Assembly: GCF_009914755.1 (NCBI RefSeq)
Contig: NC_060931.1
From: the human T2T-CHM13v2.0 reference genome, Homo sapiens
DNA: 64,000 nt
Direction: 5' to 3' (one strand)
Below the pieces are notes generated by a model. That model did not search any database, was not told the DNA's origin, and saw only the letters and a program-made list of their open reading frames with translations. The position numbers and the translations under genes were made by a program. Positions 25,831 through 38,390 of the stretch are shown one piece after another. Position 1 is the first letter of the stretch, and every line of letters begins with the position of its first letter.

Positions 25831-27747
25831 CGTCCCCATCGTCATTCATCGCCGGGATTACAGATGATACACCTGAACCCTGGAGCCCTCACGGGGTCCT
25901 GAGAGGCCCCGCTCCCGCCACCAGCCCTCTCCAAAGCACGGCCTTATTTCCAGCACAGCAGAGAAACCGCCAAGAGCATGGCCCCACGCATCCCTGCCCG
26001 AGCTTCCCAGCCCTGTTCTTCACGAGCCCTCAGAGCACGCTGGCCTATTCCCCCCCAGATCTGAAAGATGACAGCATGGCCACGGGCTGGGCCACAGAGG
26101 ACTGCAGCCTCCTGTCCCGGCTCTTCCCACGGCAGAGCTGGGGACGCCAGGCAGAGGGGTGCTTGGGTCCCTAAGGGCCAAGGAGACTAAGAGGGCCCGG
26201 AAAGGGAAGGGAGGCTACAGGGCAGCCCCGGGGTGCCCTGTGTGAAGCGTGAGCAGAGGGCGCACCAGATCCACCCACTGATTCTGAACAGTATGCCCTG
26301 TCCTCAGCCCCACAACCAGGAGGTCCATTCTCAGATTCTAAGAGCCGAAACGAGGCTTGAGCGTAAACCAGGCCAGGCTCCCCTACGCTGCCATGAAGCT
26401 CCTGCTCCAAGGTAAAGAGGCCCAGGATCTCTGACACGCTCTGCTCACACCAGTGACCAATGACGCCCCATCTGTCCACGGCTAAAGGAAGGGAGAAACA
26501 CACAGGAGGCAAGGTTTGGTGGTTCTGACCCAACCCCCAGGCTGCAATGCACTCGAGCACCCCACCCTCCTGGAGCGCCTTACGGCCAGTGCCCTGTAGG
26601 CTGCCCCGCTGCCCACTGAGAGCCCTGCCTGCTCCTGGCTCCACAGCCAGCCCCGGACCCTTCGTCACAGCACCACGTCCCGGGGACTGCCGAGAGCTGC
26701 TGCACCAGGCACGTTACCAACGTCATCCCGCTGAATCCTCAAGCAGCCCCACAGACACTCTCTCTGCTGTAAGACAGGAATTCTAGTGCAGCACCTGAGC
26801 AAACCCGCATAAAGCTAACAAGCAGGCTCCTCGCAACCCTGGAAAGCAGTAAGTCCTACACTGAGAGTTCCAGAAGCTTCTTGCCTCTACCAACTCCAGC
26901 CCCAAGACCAGAATGCAGCACAGGTGCCACCGTGGGGCTTCCAGCCTCCAGTCCTAAGAGCGCAGAAACATTCAGACAGAAACTTCAGTCCAGCTCACAG
27001 CAGCGTTTGGAACTGTGCTTCACCAGTAAAAGGGGTCAAAACTATAGCTCAATGCTAGGAAAATTCCTTCTTGCTCCAGGCTGGTTGGTGGCCCAGCAGC
27101 TAACTCCGAGATATGGTGTCATTTTCTCTTCCTCAAACAAGGGAGGTGATGGCTTCCGGCTCGGCATCTGCTCACTGCGGGATGATCTGTTTCCTGCACC
27201 AGGTTGCACGGCAAGCTGACATCAGACCCTCCCTGGGCGGCCTTCCCTACCTTGGAACTCCTCTGGGTGGGAGAGCTCCAGGATCCTCCCTGAAACAGGC
27301 TGGAATGCTACTGCAGTAACTATGGAGAGAAACTGAGGCAAACTTTAAAAAGGCAGCAACGGCAGGAACTCCGCAGAGGAGCCCGACCCACAGGACCTGC
27401 TGAGGTACCTGCTGGCTTCTGGCTTCACGGACGTGGACATGTGTCATGTTGGTGAAAGGAACACCAAGTCACCAAGACAGCGACTGTGGGAAGGGCGCTC
27501 TGTTCCGCACATCAGATCAGCAGAGAAGGAAAGTTACACAACACCCAGGAAGTGCATCAAGACTGCGTGGTGTAGGCTGCTCACAGCGGCACACTACGCC
27601 GGCTGATAGGCAACATTCATCTTCTAAAAGCCAAGCTCCTGAAAACAGGCACACGAATGACCCAGCCGTCACTTCAGAAGCTCGGCCTGAGGCACAAGCA
27701 TTCCGAGATGCTGCCACGTGAGCTACCCCAGCGGCACCGTCACAGCA

Positions 27748-27942
27748 GCACCGCCTGGAAGAGGGAGCACCGGGCACTGGGCTACGAGGAACAGGGTACC
27801 ACCTCGATGAGGGAGCACCGGGCACTGGGCTACGAGGAACAGGGCACCGCCTCGAAGAGGGAGCACCGGGCACTGGGCTACGAGGAACAGGGCACCGCCT
27901 CGAAGAGGGAGCACCGGGCACTGGGCTACGAGGAACAGGGCA
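27748..27942. repeat. VNTR, 48-bp unit x4
   Basis: Unit GCACCGCCTCGAAGAGGGAGCACCGGGCACTGGGCTACGAGGAACAGG; the ORF track shows 16-aa periodicity (REHRALGYEEQGTASK). Confidence 0.95.
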
Positions 27943-30668
27943 GTGGAGCCGCACCCTGAGAAGCTCCTCAGATGGCGAGAACAGCGTTCACTACCAGGGA
28001 AAGATGGACACGGCCAACATACTTGGTAAAAACTGCAGAGGAGAACATACGTGGTCACAAGCACGTGCCCGCTGGTCCGCACAGACGAGGGAAAATGCCC
28101 AGCAGCTGCTCTCATGACCCGTGACCTCAGCTGGACCAGGGCTCTGTTCTTCAGTGACTACAAGCTACTTTCAATGAGAAACAAACAAAAGTGACTTTAA
28201 AATGAGGCCCGCCTGGCAAAGCCCTCGGGGATCTGGGCCACCGTGGCCTCCCATCTTCTGCCATGCCGCCTCCTTCACGCTCATCTGAATTTCTGTCCAA
28301 CTGCCTGTAAGAGACTTGTAGAAATGTGCTCAGCTGTTCAACCGTGCGAGGCTCCCTGACCCCGCCACGGCAGGCCGCGACGAACACGGTGTCCCGCCAC
28401 GGAAGAGAGCAGCAGCCCAGAGGCCAGAACGCAAGCACCAAGGCCACGACGGGACTCATCCACACCTCATTGGCCACTGCCAGCGCTGCCTGTCCTAGGG
28501 TCTGCCTCCTTCCTGGGCCTTGGAAGTGCACAAAAGGGCCAGGCACTCAGCGTCACCAGGCCCCAGAAAGCCTTGGTCGGGAAGTGTCCACCCACCAGCA
28601 AGCAGCACTGAGACCCGGGGACGGCTCAGTGCCCAGGCGCAGTTCAGGAGGCTCAGACCTCACAGCAACCCAGTCGTTACTGCCAGTACCTTTCAGCTCA
28701 CAGAGATGAAGAGAGGACCAGGTGCCTGCCCAAGTCACATGACCAGCAAGGAGCAGACCAGCCGCCCCCCAGGACCTGCAGGCAAGAGGGACCGGGAGCT
28801 CCAACCTCACGCCCAGAGGCCTCCTGCGCCTCTCCACTGCCCCATCTCAGGGAAGCGTCTCCAGCGCTCCTGGCGACGGGTGACCAGCGCCATCTGGAGC
28901 CTGCACCTTGGCTAAAGAAGCCCACACAGGGCAATAAGCCACACGTGGGACAGAAGCCAGCATACAGACACACACATGAAAGCAAGCTGGAAACGCTTGT
29001 GAGAACCCAGGATTTCAGGGCAGCTTCTCCCTTTGGCCTCCCAGACCAGCGCAGTACTGAGGACCTCGTCTCACCCCCAAGACCCCATTTCACAGAACAG
29101 GACGGAGCACCAAGCGCGTCCATGGGATGCCCCAAGACTCACCCTTCCCCAGGGCGGGTGCCCCAGCTCTCAGAGGGAGCCCACAGGTCCTGAGAGGCCA
29201 GCCACAGCTGGGGTTGTGAGGACCACCTGCCCACTGTAGAGGCTGCTCCCTGAGACAGAGACCCCATTCCCAAACCAATCCCCCCATGGGCTCAATCCAC
29301 ATCTCTGACCACAGCGAAGGCAACATGGGCAGCATGCAGATGCGAATGTTCCCTTCCGTGTGGCCCTGGACACAGAGATGGGCCTGCTGCTGCTGGTCAA
29401 GGCAAATAATTTTAGGAAGCACCTCCCTGTTTGGTGGGAGAAAAGTACAGGCAACTTTCCTTTCCTTTAATAGTTCATTCTGTTTCATTTCCAAAGTAAA
29501 ATGATGAGGATCGCCTGGTAAAGTGTGAACGCTTTAACTTCAAATCACTTTTAATGCCTGTTTCATCTGACAGCGGCTTTGAAAGCAAAAGGCAATCTTT
29601 ATCATTTGAGGTTTTTCAGTAAATTGATGTGATTATGTCCAACACAACCAGATGCTTCTAAAAGCCAATTTTCAAAGTGACATCAGCCCCCAAAATAAGA
29701 AACCTCCTTCTGGCTATTAATAAATTATTAAAACACTCTCTCCACAGGAGGACAAGGCTGAGCTTGATCATCAATGGCAAACAGGTGAGCTTCAGGCCCT
29801 CCGCACAGACCCACGGCCTGGTCAGCCGTGCAGGGCGCAGAGCTCCCCTGGGGCCCCGTTGCACGGCCCTTCCCTCTGCCGCAAGCCCACCCCACTGCCC
29901 ACCAGCCCCACAGGTCCCACCGGATGGGGTTCAGTCCCTCATGGTAGCTCCACCTTCTGGTCAGGGGCAGGCATAAGACCCCTTCTTAGCCAAGGAGGCA
30001 TAAGGGGCCCTTGCTGGCAGTGGGGGTCCTAGGAAACGCTTTCTTGTACAGAAAAGATCCAAAAAAGAGGCCTCTCATTTCCGCCTCTGGGTGTGATGCC
30101 GGAGCCTGGATGGCCCCTCACAGCCACGAGTGAAACCAGAGAAGAGCCGGGCTGTGGGATAAGAAGAAATACATATCTGATCGTCATCCCAGGTTCCCTG
30201 AAGCCCTTGGGACTTCCTGAGTGAGGGGCATGTCTCTTGGTATTCATAGTGAGCCCCTTCCAATCACGCCTGCATTCATGCTGACGTGAAGACTCAGGGT
30301 GGGCCCGCTAGTGACCGACGGGCTGGTTCCCAAGACCACATGAGGCCCCAACCCTGCTGGGAAGACAAGAACCCTCCTGATCCAAGGAGGGACCCCACAA
30401 CAGGAGGCCAACCCCCAGACCCCATGGCAGTTTAGCACATTGTCAGAACGATGGACGGTGGTGCCTCAGCGGAGGCTCACAGCACATGGTGGAAACATGG
30501 GGCAAACCCTTCCCTCAAATCCCTGCTCCCCCATCTCCTCCCAGACCAGGGCCAACCACATGATGAAGGACAGCCATCCCCCAAGAGCCAGGGGGCACAC
30601 ACTCTCACTCACCCCTAACTCTCCAAAGCAAACGCATCCCCACAAGCACCCTGGGCGGCCAGGTCTAC

Positions 30669-30755
30669 CTGCTGGTGACGGCGCTGTTCTTGTCCTTCAA
30701 GGCAAGCTCCCTCTGCTGCAGCTCAACCACGAATCTGGAAAGGTCTTCTGGAGTC
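30669..30755 (-). CDS. MAD1L1: MAD1L1 internal coding exon (87 bp, phase 2/2; exon 11 in common numbering, from memory), coiled-coil region
   Basis: Minus strand reads ...ttgtttatcctgcag|GACTCCAGAAGAC...GTCACCAGCAG|gtagac. It translates to (R)[28 protein letters not shown](S), matching the human MAD1 peptide I recall (..[41 protein letters not shown]..). Also seen at the end of ORF 30665..30931(-). Confidence 0.96.
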
Positions 30756-33700
30756 CTGCAGGATAAACAAGGCACACTCAGTTCCAGCTGTCCCCGAGAA
30801 GTAAACCTGATTCTGCACACAAAACAGAAGGCCAAAAGCAACCTCTGTAGCTGATGCTCTGGGACCCAGGATGTGTGAACTCTGTGGACCCAGGTCCAGG
30901 GCAGCATGCACGCACTACAGCCTGGGGTCAACCACAGCCCCCACCCCTATGCAACACCGGGGAGATGACCTTAGAAAGCCCCGATTTTACTTCACCTGTA
31001 GAAACAGAGACACGACCTGACAGTGTCACTCTTCAGAGGAAACGAAATCATGTTTAAAAAGCACCCGCCAGGCCCCTGGCACAGGGGAGGTGCTCAGCGA
31101 GTTTTAAGTTCCTTTCCTCACCTCTCCTTCAGAAGACCCACATATAACAACAAGAGTAAAATCAGCGATCTCCAGGTGTAGCGCTTTCTACTTTCCAGGA
31201 CGATTCCAGATTGTCTCAGTGAATGCCCCAGCAACCCTGTTGTTCACCGTTTCCATTTTTTAAACGAGGAAACTCAGACTCCAATGTGAAACAGCCGCTT
31301 CAAAGTTCAAAGTGCACCCCGATGATCAGCAACAGCTGAGCTCGGCCCGAGCCACATCTTCTAACTCAACGCTGGGACTCCGGAGGACACAGCAAGGATC
31401 TGAGCCATGCATGCAAAGTTACGCCAGTGGTGTGTGAGCATTCCCAGCCTCACAACCTGGGGCACAAAGCCAAGGCTCCCTGGCTAGACTGACCCAGTGG
31501 CATGTGAGCTCAGGCCCGAGGACCCATCCTTGTTCTTCTCTTCACCTGTCATGGACCAAGCGCAGGTCCACATAGAAAGCAGGCGCTGGCAATGCTGTGA
31601 GAGCCCCACCCAGCCCCACTCAGGGAGCCCGCACCGCACCACTGAATGAGCAACGGGGACCCCGACATTGGCCAAGGAGGCTACCTGCACCCCTGGAAGG
31701 AGAGGTCCCAGTCACTCTGTCAGCCAGGCCCCCAGAGCAGCCTCGGGTGGATCCCGGGCACACCCTCCCAGCAGCCTGCCCGGGAGCTCCTCTCTGCGAG
31801 TCAGCCACGGCCACGGAGAGGCACACTGCAACCACGGACCCCTAACAGAAGCCATCCTGCTGCCTAAAACGCGCACGCTGCAAACCTCACGCACTGGGCC
31901 CGACCAGACTCTGCCCTGAGACAGCCACTGACCTTTCCTGTCACTTGAGCACCCTACCCATGGGCCCCCGAAACCCTCATCGGCTCATCCAGCGCTCACA
32001 CAGCCCCTCCCCCGGTCTTCCAGCACCCAGCTCCTCCTCCAAACAGAGGAAGGGCCACTTCCTTACAGTGTCTCTGGCCACCCCCACGCCCCTCGCCATC
32101 CCATGCCTGTTTTGCACGGCACAGAGGACAGCTGGAGGCCGCCTTGCCCAGCATTAGTTTGGTGTTTCTGGAGTGTCTTCCATCACTGGAACAAAGCTAC
32201 CAAGAGCCTGTGAGCAGATGTCCTGCGGCCTGGCCCAGGCCCTGAGCCCTCACACACACCCAGGGCCGGTCATAAGCCCTCCCTCTGACCACAGCCAATT
32301 CACACAGAGCACGCCACGGCCTTCTCCCTTCCACGTCCCCCAGAGAGGCCTCCTCTGCCCACCCAAAGAACAGGCCCCTTGCTGAACATCTAGTGGGGAC
32401 AGCGATGGGTGCAGAAGGAGTAGCTGGCACCGGGGAGACCCCATCTGTCCTCACACACACAGGCAAACCGGGGTTAGAAAGCAGCTCCGTGGAAAAACCA
32501 TTTATGACTGAAAGACCTTGGAAGAGAAACTGAACTCTAGGACAGAGATGAAAGGTGCAGCTGCCCTTGAACGCCGTGACCATTCTCTCCAGTTTCCCAA
32601 AGCTTCCAACCTCAGGGAGTTAAAAATATCAGTACGAAAGTAAGGAAACCTTTCCAAGCCAAGAGATATTTTTTCTGAAACATTTGAATGAGATATTTAA
32701 GTTGTTTTGCATTAATCAAAGGGGCTTGTAAATTTTCACTAACTCAGTGCAAAGAATTTATTTACAACAAATAAATAAAAATCGCATATATCCACATCTG
32801 CAACGGCGCCTCCCAGCCCCTGTGCCCAGAACCAGCGGCAGGTGGGGTGGTCACAGGCGGCAGGCTACAGGCTCCACCTACACAGCCAAGACCACCCCGC
32901 CTCACACCCCTCAGGGACCTCACATGTCACTGGACCTGAAACAGCAGGAGGCCAGTGGAGAGGCATTTGGCAGGCAGTACCAGGCCCCAGGGTTCTCCCA
33001 GCTGGGATGGTTCTCTCTCACCAGAGGGCACACTGCCTGCCACCTCCCTCTGTGGGGAAGCCTCCCTGCAGCCTGCAGAGCAGAAGGCAGGGTCAGGAGC
33101 ATTTGACACCGATTTAGAAACAAGCTTCTTGCCCCAAGGTACGAACCCACCCAGCAAAGCTGGGAGCTGGGGTAAGATCTCAGAGGGCCAGGCTCTGCTA
33201 ACCATGTTCTGCGATTCCCAGTGATGCCAAGACCATGATAAATGCAACCATTTAGCAATGAGGGGGGAAATGGGAGTGGTTCAAATCAACTGAAAAGTGA
33301 CAGTGACAGAGCTCTCTTCTGAAGTGCTGGGCGCCCACAGATGGCACACGCACCAGGCAGTCTCCTACGTCACCCAGGAAGGCCTCTGTCTCATGTCATG
33401 GGGTCAACGCCTCATTCTGGCACTGATGGGCCACAGGAGAAACCTGAGTACTCTGGAGCCCCGGGGCATCCATCTCCATCACCCAAGGAGCAGGCTGGCT
33501 CTCCACATTCCCACCGACTCTGCAGGAGGCTGCTTCCGGGTGGCTCCCCTGCACGCTCCTCCTTGCCTGAGGTGGGTGTGACCTGGAGTTGTCCTGCCCC
33601 AGGCAGGAACAGAGAGCATGGCTTGCCCTGAGGCAGAAGGCTGGCGCCTGAGGCGGATGGTCCCACACAGACCCCAGCCCTCGGGAGCACTGTCACGTGA

Positions 33701-34529
33701 TGGGCTCTCAGCCTGGATACTTGCTGGCCACATCCCTAGGCCCCCAGATCCCTGCCGGCTCTCAGCCCCCATGCGACCAGGCCCCCATCATAGGGAGGAC
33801 TGAAGCTGCAGGGCTTGCTATTCCAGAGCCCTCCAACCACAGGGGCAGCCGTGCCCAACACCTCCCACGGGCAGAAGCCGCTGGAGGGCACAGGGGCACC
33901 AGAAGGAATCCCTCCCTTCGCAGCCTCTTGCGCTGAAAAACCCGCAGTCACCACTTTGGCTAAACCAAGCCTCACGAGCCCTGTCTGGCCATTCTTGCTC
34001 ATGACCAGGGTTCAGCTTCCACTCAAAAGCACAAGCACAGTGAGCTCGATGACAGCCTTCAAGAACGTCACACGGGACCAGTCTACTCTACTTGCAGAGA
34101 CAGAGGGAAGGCCAGGACATCCTTAAAGGAAAAGGAGATGGACCCATGGGAGAAAACCTGGGTCTCAGCCCCAGCCCTGACCCCTCCAGGCTCAACTCCC
34201 TACCTGCTCGGCTGGGCTTCCTAAGGCTCACTTCCAAAACCCTACGGCACAGGTACAGTGCACTGCTATTACCTGACAATCCCTATGCCGTTAACTTTAT
34301 GGATGTGGAAGGGACAGGGAGGCTGGAGGCTGTTTTCAGGGTGTGCAATCCAAGCCCATTTTCACACTGGCATTGGGAGGCCGGGAGAGGACATGCACCG
34401 TGGAGGCGGTGTCTGGATGTCACCGGGGACATGAGGAGAAAACACTTCAAGTACAATCATCAACCAGCATGTTAAAAGTTGTGAAATTTTGTATACCCTT
34501 TGTTCGGCAGTGTCAATCAAAAGAAAATG

Positions 34530-36169
34530 TGTTCCTCATATACAAAAATCAACTGGAGATGGATTACAGGCTGAAACCTAAGACCCAAAAATATAAAAAA
34601 TACTAAAGAAAACAAGGAAAACACTTCAGGACATTGGTCTAGGCAAAGATTTTATAGCTAAGACCTCAAAAGCACAGGCAACAAAAACAAAAATAGACAA
34701 ATGGGACTACATCAAAGTAAAAAGCTTCTGCCCATCCAAGAAAACAATCAACAGAGTGAAGAGACAGCCTCTTGAATGCAGGAAAATATCTGTCAACTCT
34801 TCGGCCAATAAGGGACTAACATCCAAAATACAACTCAAAAGAAACTCAAATAACAACAATTAAAAAAACATAAATAATCCCACGAAAAAGTAGGCAAAGG
34901 ACACAAAGAGACATTTCTCAAAGGATGACATGCAAATGGCCAACAGGTATATGAAAAAATGGTCAACATCACTAATCATCGGGGGAATTGCAAATCAAAA
35001 CCACAATGAGATACCACCTTACCTCAGCTTAAAATGGCTAATAAACAGACCAAAAAACACACAGACAGATGCTGGTGAGGATGCAGAGGAAAGGGAACTC
35101 TCAGCTGCTGTTGGAAGGAATGTAAATTAGTACCACCGCTATGGAACCCAGTATGGAGATTTCTCAAAAAGCTGAAAACAGAACACCACCACATGATCCA
35201 GCAATCCCACCACTGGGTATTTACTCAAAGGAAATCACTGTATCAAAAAGATACCTGCATTCCCATGTTTATCACAGCAAAGATGGCAAAGATACGGAAT
35301 TAACCTGTGTCTATTGACAGACGAATGGATAAAGAAAATGGGGATGTACACACAGTGGAATGCTATCCGGCCGTAAGAAAGAACAAGAGCTGGGCCGAGC
35401 GCGGTGGCTCACGCCTGTAATCCCACCGCTTTGGGAGGCCGAGGCAGGTGGATCAGGAGGTCAGGAGTTCGAGACCAGCCCGGCCAACATGGTGAAACTC
35501 CATCTCTACTAAAAATACAAAAATTAGCCAGGCGTGGTGGCACACGCCTGTAATCCCAGCTACTCAGGAGGCTGAGGCAGGAGAATCACTTGAACCAGGG
35601 AGTCAGAGGTTGTAGTGAGCCAAGATGACGCCACTGCACTCCAGCCTGGCAACAGAGCAAGACTCCATCTCAAAAAAAAAGAAAGAATGAGAGCCTGTCA
35701 TTTGTAACAACGTGGCTGGAATGGGAGGTGACCGTGTCAGGTGAAACCACCAGGAACAGAAAGAAACTGCACGTCTTCACTCATGGGAGCTGTGGAAATT
35801 CACCTCCTAAAGGCAGAGAGTAGAATGACAGGAACTAGTGGATTGAAAGGTCTGGGTGAGCGGAACCACAGATGAAGAGAGTTGAGTTAATGGGTACGAA
35901 CATACAGTTAGATGAAAGGTATAAATTCAGTTGTTCCACAGAAGAGGAGGGTGACTAGAGTTAACAGTGTATTGTATAATTCAAAGTAGCTAGAAGAGAA
36001 CCAGAATTTTTCCCAATACGTGGAAATGATAAATACTCAAAGTGATGGTTACCCCAAATACCCTAAACTTGCCCATTCCACATTCTGTGCACGTAAGAAA
36101 ATATCACAGGTACTCCATAAATATGTAAAATATTATGTATAAAAATAAATAAATGGTAAATAAATAAAT
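34530..36169 (+). mobile_element. 5'-truncated L1 (L1MA-like) ORF2 end and 3'UTR, containing an Alu
   Basis: ORF2-like peptide ([17 protein letters not shown]), L1MA-type 3'UTR and A-rich tail. Putative TSD AAAAGAAAATG at 34519-34529 and 36170-36180. Confidence 0.9.
35393..35680 (+). mobile_element. AluS (Sg/Sc-like) inserted in L1
   Basis: Full dimer; diverged TSD AAGAAAGAA(CA/TG)AGAGC. Confidence 0.95.
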
Positions 36170-36811
36170 AAAAGAAAATGGGCTCTCTGGGGATGAAGTG
36201 TATGAGCTTTAGCTAGTGAAAACAGAATGGGTTTAAGGCAATGGTTTCAGAGCACTCCATATCAGAAAAAGAAAAGATGAAATGGTTTTGCCAACATGTG
36301 GACATTTCTGAGGCCACAAAGGAGGTCCCATCAAGAACAAGGTGGAATCCGATCAAACGGGTCAGGAGGTCACCTCCTGAACTCTACAGGAAGCATTCCG
36401 GCGCCCTCTTCTCGTATTAACAGCAGCCTGTGGAGAAGGACGGAGGCCACCATCTGGAGTAAAGGACATACCCTTGAACCAAGCGGGGTGGGGAGGAGGA
36501 GCCCAGGAGGCTCTGGGCACGCGGAGGAGTCCACAGGGGTGGACTGTGAGCTCTCAGAGAGGCTTGCACGGAGAAGCAGCACGGGAGCCGGAGAGCCGCT
36601 CCTCCGGCTTGGGGCTTCTGTGGCCTGGCAAGAAGGCTTGCTACCTGAGGAAGACTGGACCCTCCAAAAGGACGAGGCTAAGAGAGCGAGCAAAGGGGGG
36701 TCCTCAGGCCTGACCTGCTGACCTGCCACGCTCTTCCAAGAGGACATCCTGAGGAAACCCAAGACAAGCACCACACCTGGCCACGGTGGCATCCTGCCAC
36801 CGTGTTGGGAT

Positions 36812-37420
36812 GTTTTTAATTGTGGTAAAATACACTTAACATAAAATATACCATCTTAACCATTTTTAAGTCCCCAGTTCTGTCGTGTTGAGCATATTCA
36901 TGTTATTGGGCAACCAGCACCACACCTATCCCCAGAACTCTTAATTTTGCAAAACTGAAACCCTGTCGCATTAAAGAGGAACTCCCACAGCCCCTCTGCT
37001 CCCAGCCCCAGCCACCTCCATACTACCTTCCGTCTCTAAGAATGCGACCACTCCAGCCACATGAGTGGAGCCATAGAGCATTTCTCTGTGACGGGCTCAC
37101 TCTACTTGGCATCACGTCCTCAAGGCTCATCCATGTTACAGCATGTGGCAGACTCTCCTTCCTTTTGAAGGCTGAGTAATACTCCATTGTGTGGCTACAC
37201 AACGTTTATCCACTCACCCGTCGGTGGACACCTGGGCTGCTTTCACCTTTTGGCTGTTGTGAATAATGCTGCTAGGAACATGGGTGTGCCAATGCCTGTT
37301 CCAAACGCTGCTTTTAATGATCTTGGATGGATACGCAGAAGCGGCACTGACAGAGCATCCCCTTTTCGGTTTTTCCGAGAACCACCACAGGCTGTTTTCC
37401 ACTGTGGCTGCACCAACTTA
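36812..37420 (-). mobile_element. L1MB-like 3' end
   Basis: TTTTTAATTGTGGTAAAATACAC...CCATCTTAACCATTTTTAAGT...GCTGAGTAATACTCCATTGT is a typical antisense L1MB 3'UTR. Confidence 0.85.
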
Positions 37421-37605
37421 CTTTCTCCATCTCATAGTTTTTAATTTAAAAAAAAGCTCAACAATAAAAAAAATAAGCAAGTCCTCATAGCCATAACATT
37501 GAGCACTGAACACCCATTAAAGCTGATGCTGGGCAAAAAGGTGGTCAGGCAGTTGCTGCAAAAAGCGCAGGACACGAGGATGTGCTCGGCTCTAACCAGG
37601 ACAGT

Positions 37606-37855
37606 GGGCGCATGGTTTCACGGCGCGTGTGGCGAGGGCAGCGGGCGCACGGTTTCACGGCGGGTGTGGCGAGGGGAGCGGGCGCACGGTTTCACGGCGC
37701 GTGTGGCGAGGGGAGCGGGCGCATGGTTTCACGGCGCGTGTGGCGAGGGGAGCGGGCGCATGGTTTCACGGCGCGTGTGGCGAGGGGAGCGGGCGCATGG
37801 TTTCACGGCGCGTGTGGCGAGGGCAGTGGATGCATGGTTTCACGGTGCGTGGCGT
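37606..37855. repeat. CpG-rich VNTR, 37-bp unit x ~6.7
   Basis: Unit GGGCGCA(T/C)GGTTTCACGGCGCGTGTGGCGAGGGGAGC at 37606, 37643, 37680, 37717, 37754, 37791, plus a degenerate last copy. Confidence 0.97.
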
Positions 37856-37874
37856 CATGACGTCGGGCTAATGG

Positions 37875-38390
<516 letters not shown>

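Larger units (their letters stand above)
1..30668 (-). other. MAD1L1: MAD1L1 intron downstream of the 87-bp exon (partial)
   Basis: Begins with the GT donor at 30668-30667. The next MAD1 peptide (ARGLEKARQQ...) was not found in the window. Confidence 0.88.

Noticed and set aside
28886-28900. CTCF-like motif (GCTCCAGATGGCGCT on minus strand) and similar matches near 3196 and 23488
   Set aside because: Partial matches are frequent by chance in GC-rich DNA; unsupported without ChIP data.
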